64,000 nucleotides of DNA, from NCBI GenBank assembly GCA_964016885.1, contig OZ024748.1:7068001-7132000 (forward strand), written 5' to 3'. The notes beneath the pieces were generated by a model, which saw only the letters and a list, made by a program, of their open reading frames with translations, was not told where the DNA came from and ran no database searches. The translations under genes were made by a program, and so were the position numbers. Shown here piece by piece: positions 43,530 through 57,284 of this stretch; the stretch's first letter is position 1; every line of letters starts with the position of its first letter. This stretch comes from Eledone cirrhosa (taxonomy: Eukaryota).

Positions 43530-43690
43530 GTCGGACGCCATGTTTTCCAGCATAGTTACGTCCCTTTACGATCTGAGTTCAAATTCAGCCGAGGTTGACT
43601 TTGCCTTTCATCCTTACGGGGTCGATAAAATAAAGTACCAGTAATGCACTGGGTAATTGCTGGCCTTGTGCCTAAAGTAGAAACAGTTAT
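43530..43690 (+). mobile_element. tRNA-derived SINE, 5'-truncated
   Basis: B-box gagttcaaattc plus core and tail. Confidence 0.88.
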
Positions 43691-44436
43691 ATATATATAT
43701 ATATAACGTTTATATATATATAACGTTTATAAATATATAACGTTTATATACACACATACACACAATACGTTTCCTATCTCAGACATTTTGCCACAATAAG
43801 AAGTAAACATATTATTATAATGTTGATATAGTTGATGCTGTTTAGCCCTAGGTCAGTGTGGCTCAATAAAACCGTGTCTACCCTTCTTTATGTGGCTACA
43901 ATGGAACCAGTAACTCCTTAGCTAACTTTACTTAAGATAGTATTGACTGCTTTAACAGTGATGTGGTTGCTCTTTCTAGCATCTCGAAGTCTATGTACCA
44001 CAGTGAAGGTATATCGTTGTTTCGGTTAAAATAGTATTTAGACGTTGATAAAGGTTGTAGACAGCATTTCAATTACCATGGTGGAAAAAAATAAAGGTTT
44101 TTATTTATTACAAGCGCGAGTAGACAGACAGGCAGGCATTTCTAAAGCATGTTTATAATGTGTATATGTATAATGTATGTGTGTATAATATGTATATGTA
44201 TTGTGTGTGTGTGTTTATTGTGTGTATGTATTGTGTGTATATCTTAACTAGAAGGTATCTACTAGATATATATATATATTTTGTACAGACATGTTAATTT
44301 TATCAATAAATGCTCGGCGTCATCTGGGAAGCTAATGAGAACATCATCCAATTTGAATGTAGCTTGGTATTGTGCTTGCCTCTTTGTCCTATACGACGTT
44401 CTTTTGACTTTCCATATATATATATATATATATATA

Positions 44437-44602
44437 AAGACAGGGGGGAAGAAAAAAATTTATTTTATAAATTAAGTTGTTATAAATTTTTTTTAAGAAA
44501 AAAATTCTTTTCTAATCCGGAAAAAATTTTTTTTTGGATTTTGTGAAGAAAATAAATTTGTTGAAAGCACAAGTGAAGCCATTTTTTCTTCCCCCCTGTC
44601 TT
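44437..44602. repeat. Inverted repeat with ~24-bp arms next to (TA)n
   Basis: aagacaggggggaagaaaaaa / ttttttcttcccccctgtctt. Confidence 0.8.
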
Positions 44603-44878
44603 AATATACCTAACTGTACCAAGGATTACACACATTTTCCAATATATATATATATATATATATATATGAATAAGAGCGTTCTATAGTGTCAGCCACTATT
44701 TATTCGTTGTAATTCGTACACACGATGTTACATCAACTACCAATGGGTTCCTGAATTAACAAAGCCGGCAGAAGTGCAAACTACAGCCATTTATCATATT
44801 TTCAGACTAATATGAATAAACATTTGCCTGAAAATAAGATCAATATATTTGTTGCAGTTTTATTATGGTCTGTAAGAG

Positions 44879-44923
<45 letters not shown>

Positions 44924-45736
44924 ATTCCACACGTGTGAAGAACAGATCGATACTGGAATCAGTCAAATGCATCGATAAAACCTCAAACCAATGACTTGTG
45001 AAACATATTTAACATACTGAATGTTCAATAAGCTGGATAAAACAGAAACTGTTTAGAAGGTCAACTGATGACCTGTACCTGTAATAGAAGGGGTCAGCTT
45101 TTACCCTGAATTATCCTGAAAATTACGTAAAGGGTAAGCAAAAGCTGTCCCGTCGATAGAACAATTTAGAGAATTCCTCGCCAAAACAGACTGAAGTCGG
45201 TCACCTGATGTTGAATAGCCCAAAATAACAAAACAGGAAAATTAACAATACAAAAGCAGTAATAGGATATATAGAGACAAATAACAACGTGAAGAAGATA
45301 AAGAAGGAAAATAAAGAAAGAAAAAGAGAGAAATATATTTTTTTTTTTTTCGAATAAAGAAAAAGAGAACTCTTTAGGCGGAAATCAGAAAAATAATAAA
45401 TGTTAACCATCTGTTATAGTATCTTCTCAATGAAAGAGTTAAAATGTCGGCCATTCTATGTTGAAATATAGAATGTGTAGGAGACGGGATTATGAATGGA
45501 AAACAGGGGGAGGGATAACATGAGGTGGCAGGTAGAGGTTGACATAGAGAGGGAGGTGAGGAGGAGATGATATAGAAAGGAAGGTGAAGGGTGTATGACA
45601 TGGGCTATGATGTTTAAAACAAAGCTAGGTCGTAGACACATGTATCATGTCTGGAATACTGACCACAATAGGGAAATAGAAATAATTTTATAATTGTTTC
45701 TACTTTAGATTCTAATTTAAGTATAAATTCAGCCTA

Positions 45737-45788
45737 TCGTGTCGATATATCAACATTCTCTAAAGAGAATGTTGATATATCGACACGA
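45737..45788. repeat. Perfect hairpin with 25-bp arms inside an old SINE remnant
   Basis: tcgtgtcgatatatcaacattctct-aa-agagaatgttgatatatcgacacga. Confidence 0.9.
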
Positions 45789-45864
45789 GAATATGACTGC
45801 TACCTTATTTTATCGACCTCGAATAGACTTAAAGAGCCGCATCATATATTGCTAGGCATATGTT

Positions 45865-45905
<41 letters not shown>

Positions 45906-45921
45906 ATATATATATATATAT

Positions 45922-46137
45922 GATAAAAATAGCCCTTCGTCAGTGATTTTCCAACCATCATTGGTATGTCATCGCATTAAAAATCATATACCTCAGGTTG
46001 GTGCGAGCAATAACTAAAAAAAGGTATATGATTTTTAATGCGATGAAATACCAATGATGGTTGGAAAATCACTGACGAAGGACTATTTTTATCATATGTA
46101 ACCCATGTGCAACCACACAGTATTCTTCTTTCTTCTC

Positions 46138-46144
<7 letters not shown>
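45922..46144. mobile_element. Family D fold-back element
   Basis: 45922-45993 is inverted at 46022-46094, followed by a ~50-nt tail; (TA)n on both sides. Confidence 0.85.
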
Positions 46145-46232
<88 letters not shown>

Positions 46233-46305
46233 GTGTGTATGTGTTATTAATTGTGTCACGGTTTAAACCTTGACCATAGGACCTACGTCTCTTAAAATAA
46301 TATAC

Positions 46306-46336
<31 letters not shown>

Positions 46337-46805
46337 TGATTGTGCGTGTGTGTGTATATCACACGCCTGGATCTAACTGCAAAAATAATCAATATTTCTT
46401 TCCGGATACACACGTGAACACACACACACACAATCACACACACAGACACACACACACATTCACCCAAACATGGATTATCGGAGAGATAAGAGAGAAAATG
46501 TGAGATTTATTATAAGGAAATATCACCAAAATCAGAATATCAAAATTATCAAAATGAATATAGCTATATCACAATATAGTTATATACCATTATAAACAAC
46601 ATAAACAATACCACAAATATCATGATACCACATGATATCAACATAAACAGTACGGGCATATCTGGGGCGATATTTCATGGATCTATAACAATAGCAACAC
46701 AGAGAATATACATTTTCGAAGCAGCAATGACTAGACAAGATATTCTATAGAAATGATATAAATATATTCTATTGATTTGGATCAATCAGGAAGTTTAAGT
46801 AAATG

Positions 46806-46904
46806 CAGGGTGTCCCAAAAAATGTATACACACTTTGATTATTTGTAGTAACATTATTCATTAGAATGATGTTGAAGTGTGTATATATTTTTGGGGACAC
46901 CCTG
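46806..46904. mobile_element. Tc1/mariner-type MITE
   Basis: TIRs cagggtgtcccaaaaaatgtatacacactt / aagtgtgtatatatttttggggacaccctg, with TA on the right flank. Confidence 0.8.
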
Positions 46905-46986
46905 TATATAGACGGAGAGACAGACGTTAAGAAAGTGTGTTATTTACTAATGCTTATGGTATGGATTGTGTGAATATGTATATATA

Positions 46987-47459
46987 TGTCGCATGGTCGG
47001 GTCATCGGCGACTAAGCTGGCTACCCCACCAAGTTTACTTGGTGAGGAGGGGGATTTTGGACACTCTGCAGAGCAAAAAACAAAACCTGACAAAGGGCCG
47101 AAGAACTCATAAGAGTCAATGGCCATCCAAAAGTGTGTAAATAAGTATATACACATGTACCGCGCGGTTAAACCACTGGGAGTGAAGGACCCCTAGTCTT
47201 TGTCAGAGCATTCTTCTAAGAGAAGGCAACTCAGGAAACTGGGATAACTCCGATATAAAACCTGCGGCTCAGTACTTTCCAATGATGTTGATCTTTTCTT
47301 CTTTCCGGGTTATAACTACTGTCGCTCAGAGAGTGGCTCAGTGCAGTTTTTCCTCATTTTAGAAAATATCTTCACGCACAGGCATTGTACGATAGAATTA
47401 ATTAATAATTATTAATAATGGTATATAGTGCAATGGCCATACTCGATAACGAGGGGGCA

Positions 47460-47466
<7 letters not shown>
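46987..47466 (+). mobile_element. Non-autonomous RTE-like retroposon
   Basis: Second copy at 31652-31889. The 3' end with its CAT-repeat tail resembles RTE termini; there is no long ORF. Confidence 0.6.
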
Positions 47467-47525
<59 letters not shown>

Positions 47526-47728
47526 ATTTAGTGACACATAATATATTATATTATATGTATGGATGAGTACATACTCAATCATGTATGTATAAATATATTT
47601 ACAGTAATGCTATATACACACGTAACACACACACACACACACACACACATTTTTGAAGCAATAAATAATGGTTCAAGTTTCCTATATTACGATAAGGTTC
47701 GTAAAATATGTAAAGACACACATGTCTT

Positions 47729-47759
<31 letters not shown>

Positions 47760-48132
47760 TTCTGAAGACGGCATATATATGTGTTGGTATGTATATTTAA
47801 TTTTGATAGTTTGTATAATTTTGTATAATTTTGTACATAGATCTGTTGAATATGCATGCCAATTCTAACACATATATATCCTAGAAACGATCGTTAAATA
47901 ATGAACTTTTTTTGTTTAATATAAGGAACTGTTTCATTGTTTTATTCATTATTTTTTTAATATTTTATCTTGACTCTGTATTCCGTTTATCTTTCACCGA
48001 AAGTGATTTTTCATTGCATCTCTTCTTTCCATGATATCCGGATTACATTGAGTTCTTCATACGGATTGGACACTACCGTACACTCTTGGTAGATTTATCT
48101 ACATATATATACATATATATAATATATATATA

Positions 48133-48310
48133 TAGTAATAATAAAAAATATGAAGACTAAAATCCGAAGAGGGCTCGATAAGGATGATATATATATATAT
48201 ATATATATATATAAACATATATAAGACCGTAGAGCAAATATTTATAAAAAATAACAGATTAACGTTTAAGCAAAGGATCGTTGCTTAAACTGTAATCAGT
48301 TATATTAATA
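48133..48310. mobile_element. Family C fold-back element
   Basis: Reversed tail followed by the hairpin taacagattaacgtttaagcaa / ttgcttaaactgtaatcagtta. Confidence 0.75.
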
Positions 48311-48311
48311 A

Positions 48312-48342
<31 letters not shown>

Positions 48343-48871
48343 GCATATTTATATGTGGGTATTTATGTATTTATATAAACATATATATATATATGTGTAT
48401 GTATGCATGTATGTGTGTATATATATGTATGTGTGTATATATGTATGTATGTACATATGTATGTATATATGTATACATACATATATATATATGTATATAT
48501 GTATGTATGATTTCATTAATGTGTACTTTGGCATTCCTCCAATTGCTGTGCTAGAGATGAGAGCGCCACTAAGTAAAACTAAAAGCCAGTTAGACGATGA
48601 AAGATCAATAGTTAAGTTTAAGATTAATTTAAGAATTTGAGAGAAAATAATTGGACAGGTGACACATTTCAACACATGACTTAAAGAAAGTAATTATATT
48701 TCACAGAATTCTGTCTGCTCTTTAGCTGATTCTATATAGAATCGCTTCAAACCGGAAGTTTAATATTAGTGGCGGAAACGGTAGAATGCCGGACGTGTTG
48801 TTGTCAAATCGGTCTCTCGCTCTATCTGTCTTTTTCTCTCCCTTTCAGTAACTCTGTAACTCTCCAGACAG

Positions 48872-49351
<480 letters not shown>

Positions 49352-49941
49352 ATACTCACACAAGCATAGATTATGTGAATTAAGCATAGCTCAGCGAAGA
49401 CTGCATTTGCCAATTTACTCTGTGGAACATCTTGAAGAATTCCCCTGTCATCAGCTACTTTGGCAACGAATGTACGGACGTTTAAGCTATGAAAGACTTC
49501 GTTAAGACACCAGCCTGAAGTGTGTATTGGACATACGAACAGCAATGATAGGCCGAGACGTCTGGCATGAGTTTTTTTTTCTCCCTACTTCAAGTGGGAG
49601 ATCAGCAGAGAGGAGATTTGGTGTGATGCCAAATATACATTATATAATTTTACATATACATACGTGTATATATCTCTCTATGTATATATATACTTCTGTA
49701 CACGTTTAATTCATTAGTTGCATGTATAGTACATATATACATATATACATATATGCATATGTGTATGCATGTATGTGTATGTATCTTTGAATCTATGCAC
49801 TTAACTATCCACAAAGTTGGCAGTATTTAGTTAATGAATATTTGAATAACTTACAGCTATGACTTATTTATTAAATTGTAATATGTCACGTAGACACTCC
49901 ACTCAAAGACACACGTTCACAGTAGCAGGAAAACACACACT

Positions 49942-49981
<40 letters not shown>

Positions 49982-50037
49982 GTGCGTGTGTGTATGTACA
50001 TATATATCTATATATAAATGTCTGAAACTAGGTGTTT

Positions 50038-50162
50038 AAACGGGAAGAGCTCAGCCGTTGTGGTCCCGACTCTTTATAATAAAACTCTACACTACTACCA
50101 CAAGTATCGAGTATTCTTTTGAGTAATGGTCTAACCAGTTTCAAACTGAATCCATCCTGATT
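50038..50162 (+). mobile_element. Diverged family A-related copy
   Basis: aaacgggaagagctcagccgt...actactaccacaagtatcgagta...atggtctaacc. Confidence 0.55.
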
Positions 50163-50214
50163 TATATATATATATTTCGACAGCCATTTCGGGGTAAAAG
50201 ATTTTCCTACACAC

Positions 50215-50271
<57 letters not shown>

Positions 50272-50280
50272 TATGTGTGT

Positions 50281-50497
50281 ATTAAAATAAAAGATTAAAG
50301 TTTAAGTAAAGAATCGGTGCATTCACCCTTAACGGGATCTTCAGAAGATCCTGATAAGGGTGAAAGCACCGATTCTTCGCTTAAACTTTAATCTGTTATT
50401 TTAATAAATATTTGCTCTATGGTTTTATATATTTATATATATATATAAAATCCTTGTCGAGCCCTCTTCGGATTTTAGTCTTCACATTTTTTATTAT

Positions 50498-50502
<5 letters not shown>
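50281..50502 (+). mobile_element. Family C fold-back element
   Basis: 50281-50341 is inverted at 50344-50405, then a tail runs to ttattattacta(TA)n. Confidence 0.85.
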
Positions 50503-50556
<54 letters not shown>

Positions 50557-50830
50557 TTAGCAACTATATATATATATATATATATATAGTTGCTAATTAT
50601 TAGGGTGCTTATCTGTAAAATATACTACCACAGACACATCACTAATAATGGTGATCTGAATTTGATAATGTACTTAGAATGTTATTGTTCCAAACAAAGC
50701 AAAGTAAAAAATAGAAGAATGGATGGATAAAGGATTTAATATAATTCAGCAAATAGAAATTATTATTAAACGTATATGGGACATCATTATAGTATCTTTG
50801 AAAACTAATCCCTGCTTATAACTGTGTATG

Positions 50831-50854
<24 letters not shown>

Positions 50855-50861
<7 letters not shown>

Positions 50862-51066
50862 ATTTTTCTATGTATTTATATATGAATATATATATATATA
50901 ATTTTACTTTTCTATGTATTTATATATGAATATATATATATATATATAATTTTACTTTTCTATGTATTTATATATTAATATATATATATATATAATTTTA
51001 TTTTTCTATGTATTTATATATGAATATATATATATATATAATTTTATTTTTCTATGTATTTATATA

Positions 51067-51072
<6 letters not shown>
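50855..51072. repeat. ~45-50 bp minisatellite, 5 copies
   Basis: Unit aatttta(c/t)ttttctatgtatttatatatgaa(TA)n. Confidence 0.9.
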
Positions 51073-51126
<54 letters not shown>

Positions 51127-51296
51127 TATGTATACGTACATACATATATGTATATAGACGTACAGTAGTATGCATATATATATATATATGCATACTACTG
51201 TACGTCTGTATACATATATGCGTGTACGTATACATACTTATATTTAAGTAACAGCCGTACTAAGAGTGAGAAATGAAATTTCGTTTCATTTTTTCC

Positions 51297-51353
<57 letters not shown>

Positions 51354-51381
51354 TATATGTATATATATATGTATAAATATA

Positions 51382-51412
<31 letters not shown>

Positions 51413-51493
51413 GAATATATACACACATATATATATATGTGTATATATATATGTTATATGTGTATATATATATATGTATATATAGATGTATAT

Positions 51494-51733
51494 AACAAAG
51501 GAATCGTGGTAAGGAACCAAATAGACCATAACGCACCAGAGTACTCAATACTTAGGGTAGTAGAGTGAGAAATAGGAAAAAGCAAAAAGTATGACCCGAC
51601 GGCAGAGCTCAAGCCGTTTCGACGGCTATTTCTGGACTAAATTAGGAATTTATTCACCAGGCTAAAAATTATAATTTAGTCCAGAAATAGCCATCGAAAC
51701 GGCTTGAGCTCTGCCGTCGGGGTCATACTTTTT

Positions 51734-51737
<4 letters not shown>
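51494..51737 (-). mobile_element. Family A fold-back element
   Basis: Same architecture as 49036-49276 with a different central junction. Confidence 0.9.
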
Positions 51738-51771
<34 letters not shown>

Positions 51772-52581
51772 TATGGGCATGTCACCAGACATACCTATAT
51801 ACAGACACTTGTGCACGCATGCCTATAACGCCCACTTCAAACCATTCATTATATGTGACTGGAATTTTGACACATACTTCAGTTATGTTATCTTTGAATA
51901 TATGTTTTAAATTAACGCAACACTGCAAGGGAGTTCACTCGAGTTTCACATACACATTCATACAGGCTGTAATACTTACATATATATACTGAAAAATATG
52001 TCCCAATATTTCCACAAAGGCACAAACATACACACACAAATATATATATATATATATTATATATATATATATAAACATATATATATATATATATAAACAT
52101 ATATATATATATATATATAAACATATATATATATATGTTTATTTATATATATATATATATATAAACATATATATATATATATATATAAACATATATATAT
52201 ATATATATATAAACATATATATATATATATATATAAATATATATATATATATGTTTATTTATATATATATATATATATGTTTATATATATATATATATAT
52301 ATATAAACATATATATATATATATATAAACATATATATATATATATATATAAACATATATATATATATATAAACATATATATATATATGTTTATTTATAT
52401 ATATATATATATATGTTTATATATATATATAAACATATATATATATGTTTATTTAAATATATATATATATGTTTATTTATATATATATATATATATGTTT
52501 ATATTATATGTTTATTTAAATATATATATATATGTTTATTTAAATATATATATATATGTTTATTTATATATATATATATAT

Positions 52582-52621
<40 letters not shown>

Positions 52622-52638
52622 ATATATATATGTTTATT

Positions 52639-52707
<69 letters not shown>

Positions 52708-52765
52708 GTATATTTATATATATATATGTGTGTGTTTATATATATATATGTTTATATATATATAC

Positions 52766-52832
<67 letters not shown>

Positions 52833-53160
52833 GTGTGTGTATGTGTATGTATATATGGTTTTCCAAATTTTATACATTAATAATAATGAAGCTGTTTAGC
52901 TGCCAAGATTTGTATAATTTGTCTGCAATTATTCTCAACACACTTTGAAATTATAATATCGGTGTTGTCCGAACAATAATTATATTACTATTATAAGTGA
53001 AGGCAGTAGATAAAACGAACAGAACAAATAATTTAAAGACAAAAAGAAGACACAAGTATGTTAGACACAATATACTCTGATGTATATATAGCTGTTAGAT
53101 AGATATATATATAGATAGATAGATAAATAGATAGACAGATAGATATTTTGACAGATATTA

Positions 53161-53190
53161 TAATTGTTGAATAGATATCAAATAGAGGAA

Positions 53191-53274
<84 letters not shown>

Positions 53275-53304
53275 TTCTTCCATTTGATATCTATTCAACA
53301 ATTA
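53161..53304. repeat. Inverted duplication centred on (TA)n
   Basis: taattgttgaatagatatcaaat.ga.gaactga / tcagttc.tc.atttgatatctattcaacaatta. Confidence 0.9.
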
Positions 53305-53375
53305 ATATATATATATATATATATGCATGTATGTATGTATATGTATACATATATATTTATATATATATACGTATA

Positions 53376-53937
53376 CAGTGGCGGACTGGCCAGGTTGCCC
53401 AATGGCAAGTGGGTCCCACTGTAATATTTTAGGGGCTAATGCTTAGCATTCAAATAACAGCTGAAGACTAAGAGAAATAATAATTTTTTTTTTTTAAATA
53501 AATAAAACAATTAAGCAAAGCATTTGGTCAACGACATCACATCATTTTGTTTTGAAAATTGTGAAAGTAGGTTTATAAGGTTGAATTTTCATAAGATTTT
53601 CGTAGTTGTCTCAGTGGTCTAGCGGTAGGTACTAGAGAAGGTGGAGATCCTGGTCTTGGGTTCAATCCTGGTCAAGAGGTACATGTAATGTCTTTCAATT
53701 TTTGTTTTATATCCCATAGAAAAAAGACTGAAAAGGTTTACCCGCAACCCTACTCCCGACCAGGATCGAACTTCAGACCAGGATCACCACAGTCTACGAT
53801 TCCTCCAACTAGGCCACCGAGACAGCTACAAAAATGTAATGAAAATTAATAATTATAAACTTACTTTGAAAATCAAAATTAAATGATAGCATTCTATATG
53901 TAGGTGGCACCCGATATTTTTAGACCCAGTGCGCCAT

Positions 53938-53939
<2 letters not shown>
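53376..53939. mobile_element. Non-autonomous DNA transposon (hAT-like TIR) with internal inverted tRNA-like arms
   Basis: TIR cagtggcggactgg / ccagtgcgccattg. Internal diverged inverted repeat at ~53545-53682 and ~53750-53885. Confidence 0.7.
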
Positions 53940-54012
<73 letters not shown>

Positions 54013-54062
54013 AGCTCGTTTGTTTGCCAGCATATCAGAAAAAAAAATTATATATTTTCTAT

Positions 54063-54178
54063 ATATTTTGTCTGAGCAGAACGTGTATAACAATACATAA
54101 AACTTTGCATCTTCGAAATATATACAATGAAATAAATAGAGATGATATAAAGTATATATCTTTCCTTTATTACTATTA
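54063..54178 (+). mobile_element. Family B-related fragment with degenerate hammerhead
   Basis: tattttgt-CTGAGCA...cttc-GAAATATATACA-atgaaata; matches 42375-42452 (-). Confidence 0.5.
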
Positions 54179-54196
54179 TATTATTATTATTATTAT

Positions 54197-54390
54197 AGTT
54201 GCATTTATCTTGCTTTAAGTTCATACGAGTTATCACCAAGTCACAACCAATGACCTCAGGAGTCAACAAGGTCCGCCATGTTCAAGAAAGAACATACATG
54301 CATCTTTAGGTGTTTAGACTTGTGATGTACTTATATTGACAGAATCTCCCTTAGTATATGGGCAGTTCCCATTAGTACTATCTTTTGTAT
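54197..54390 (-). mobile_element. 3' end of an R4/Dong-type LINE
   Basis: 54331-54390 encodes IQKIVLMGTAHILREILSI*, followed by a 3'UTR and (TAA)n tail. Confidence 0.75.
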
Positions 54391-54415
54391 TATTATTATT
54401 ATTATTATTATTATA

Positions 54416-54757
54416 CTTTGAGTCTCAGTCATTGATGTTATTTAACTGGAAAGTTTGTTGAAATGAATATCAAGCCACTACCTGCAGCCTCAGATATTCA
54501 GGACGTATCGGAGAGTACTTGCTGTTCCCAGCAAGCATGCCTTTTGAAGTGTTCCAAAAATCGGGGCGGGATCAATTTTCTTTAACCATCCTTGGAAACT
54601 CTTTGAGATAGTACCTAGTGCGCTTATGACAATCGGGACCAGTTTGACTTCATGGCAGTTCCAAATCCTTTTTACCTCCAACTTTAAGTCCTGGTATCGG
54701 TTAATTTTCTCCCTCTCCTTCTCTTGCACTCTCGTGTCGAATGGGCAGGCTACATTC
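54416..54757 (-). mobile_element. R4/Dong-type LINE 3' segment (restriction-like endonuclease C-terminus plus 3'UTR)
   Basis: VACPFDTRVQEKEREKINRYQDL…VPIVISALG…LQKACLLGTASTLRYVLNI*, with a (TAA)n tail. Confidence 0.88.
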
Positions 54758-55147
54758 CACAAGAGGAGTGATGTCGATAGACTCTACTTAAGGAGATCTG
54801 AAGGTGGAAGAGGTCTTATCAGCATAGAGGACTGTGTTCAGATGGAGAAAAACAACCTACATAAATACATGACTGATAGTAGGGAGCCAATGCTCAGAAT
54901 TGTACTGAAGGAGAGGACAATAGACCAAGGGATGTCCAAGGAGGAAATAACAACAAGGAGAAAGAGCACCCTTCATGAAAAATCCCTTCATAGTACCTTC
55001 TTTGAGAAAACTGAATTCAGAGATCCAGATACATGGAACTGGTTGAAAAGAGGAGACCTTAAAAAGGCTACAGAAGGAATGCTAATGGCTGCGCAAGAGC
55101 AGGCCCTCAAAACGAAGTGGCTGAAACACCATATTTACAAGGAGGAT
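54750..55147 (+). mobile_element. Inverted internal segment of the same LINE (post-RT region)
   Basis: FHKRSDVDRLYLRRSEGGRGLISIEDC…TWNWLKRGDLKKATEGMLMAAQEQAL, motifs typical of R4/Dong ORFs. Confidence 0.88.
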
Positions 55148-55174
55148 ATTATTATTATTATTATTATTATTATT

Positions 55175-55290
55175 CTTTGAGTCTCAGTCATTGATGTTAG
55201 TTAACTGGAAAGTTTGTTGAAATGAATATCAAGCCACTACCTGCAGCCTCAGATATTCAGGACGTATCGGAGAGTTCTTGCTGTTTCCAG
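55175..55290 (-). mobile_element. Second short 3' end of the same R4/Dong-type family
   Basis: Near-identical to 54416-54532 and preceded by (ATT)n. Confidence 0.88.
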
Positions 55291-55623
55291 TCTGTATAGA
55301 GGTGTATACCAGAGTACAATTATAGTAATAATAGAAAGAACGATTAGTTATGTCTTCATTACGTTTATTAGACAAGATATCATCTATCTAGAATTAAGTT
55401 TGAGTCGAGATAAAAACTCCTCATGGTGACTGCAACAATAACTGTTACAATATTTTTATTGAATTCAAAGATTGACTAAATAAATAGTGTAATAAGGAGG
55501 AGATGTTAGACTATTTTATTGTGTTAAAAATACGGCAAAATTTCTAACTCAATTTTTAAATTGACCTCGCTGTTTCTAAACACATGCGCTTTCCTTATAG
55601 TTACGTGTGTGTGTGTGTGTTTT

Positions 55624-55927
55624 CAGGGTTGTATTTAGATCATGTGGGGCCCGGGGGACTTTAGATTGGGGAGGTCCTTCACAGACACAAAAATTACAAT
55701 ACACAGCAAATCCCCCAATTCTACATATCGAAGTTAGCTTGGCGCAAGTAATTGGAATTGAAAAGTGAGACACACAGGTATTAAATTCAGCCATTCTAAC
55801 CATCCTAAAACTAAAAAGCCCAGCTGAGGGCACAGATAAATTGCAACGGCCGCAAACTTGGGGTCCCACAAACTGCAGGTGGACCGGCAGCAGTTACCCT
55901 CTTTTCTCCCCATTAAATTCGGCCCTG
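55624..55927. mobile_element. hAT-like MITE
   Basis: Imperfect TIR cagggttgtattta / taaattcggccctg with subterminal ggggccc-like motifs. Confidence 0.55.
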
Positions 55928-56116
55928 TGTGTCACTAATGTGTTTGAGTATATGTAGCTAGATTTTGTTCTTTTAATTTATCATATAGAAATCCTTTTTC
56001 CGACGAAATCTCCAGGTCTCATCGATGACAAATGTTGATCTGGATGTTCAGTTAGTTACCAAATATATTTCAACATGTTAAGACTTCTGTCTGCCTCTTC
56101 AATCAGTGTGGCTCTA

Positions 56117-56196
<80 letters not shown>

Positions 56197-56504
56197 TCTC
56201 TACCACCAAAACTGTATTAATTACACAGCTGCAAGGGATTTATTTCCTACTTAGAGAGGTTACATCAGAGAAGGAAAGAAAGGGGAAAGAAAGAGCGAAT
56301 CTCTCTCACTTCAGCTGTATCGATTTTATCGATCTATTGTTTCACCCCCCCCCCCAGTTTTCTGGGTCGGAGATATTCAACCGGAGTGTTCCAAGTATTC
56401 CATCAACGGAGCAGCCTTCTCATAAAATTAAAGTGTAATTAACTGAGGGATCCACAGACATGTCTACCTTTAACGTAATACTCAGGGAGATTCAGTTTCA
56501 CACG

Positions 56505-56790
56505 GGGTATGACAAGGTTGACTCTTTGACAGGGTATGACAAGCTTGATCCTTTGACAGTGTATGACAAGGTATGACCTTTTAACAGGGCATGACAAGGT
56601 TGACACTTTGACAAGGTATGACCAGGTTGACACTTTGACAAGGTATGACAAGGTTGACACTTTGACAAGGTATGACCAGGTTGACACTTTGACAAGGTAT
56701 GACAATGTTGACTCTTTGACAGGGTATGACGATGTTGACACTTTGACAGGGTATGACTAGGTTAAGACTTTGGCAAGGTATGACAGTTTT
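56505..56790. repeat. 27-bp minisatellite, ~10 copies
   Basis: Unit ggtatgacaaggttgacactttgacaa. Confidence 0.95.
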
Positions 56791-56831
56791 GGCCAGGATT
56801 GTAACTAAAGGGTTAAATTACAAGAACATTC

Positions 56832-56980
56832 AATCCGACAGGCTTCCAAACAGGTTCCGTCTACCAAAATGTATTCGAAATGCTAGAATCAACCTGAAGC
56901 TATGGTAAATGGCACGTCTCCGAGATGCCAGGCAGAGGAAACAAACCCTAAACCTAATGATTGCAAAGTGAACTTCTTAA
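56832..56980 (-). mobile_element. Old SINE fragment of a second family
   Basis: ggcttcca.acag.ttcc.tctacc.aa is shared in reverse complement with 5940-6025. Confidence 0.5.
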
Positions 56981-57079
56981 AATATCGTCACATAGACAAA
57001 CACACTCTCTCTATCCCTTTATTTCTCACACACACACATACACACACACAAACACACGCTCTCTCTCCCTCTCTCTTTT

Positions 57080-57130
<51 letters not shown>

Positions 57131-57251
57131 CATACGGAGACACAAGTACACATACAAGCACACACTCCGCCCCCTCTCTCTCTCATACATATATATATAT
57201 ATATACACACACAGAGACACAACCACACACTCTCTCTATCCCTGTCTCTCC

Positions 57252-57284
<33 letters not shown>

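Noticed and set aside
45127-45205. Possible minus-strand exon after a pyrimidine-rich tract
   Set aside because: The donor site is weak and the peptide is not recognisable.
54626-55180. 184-aa ORF as a host protein
   Set aside because: It is a chimera of the antisense endonuclease region, an inverted LINE segment and (ATT)n.
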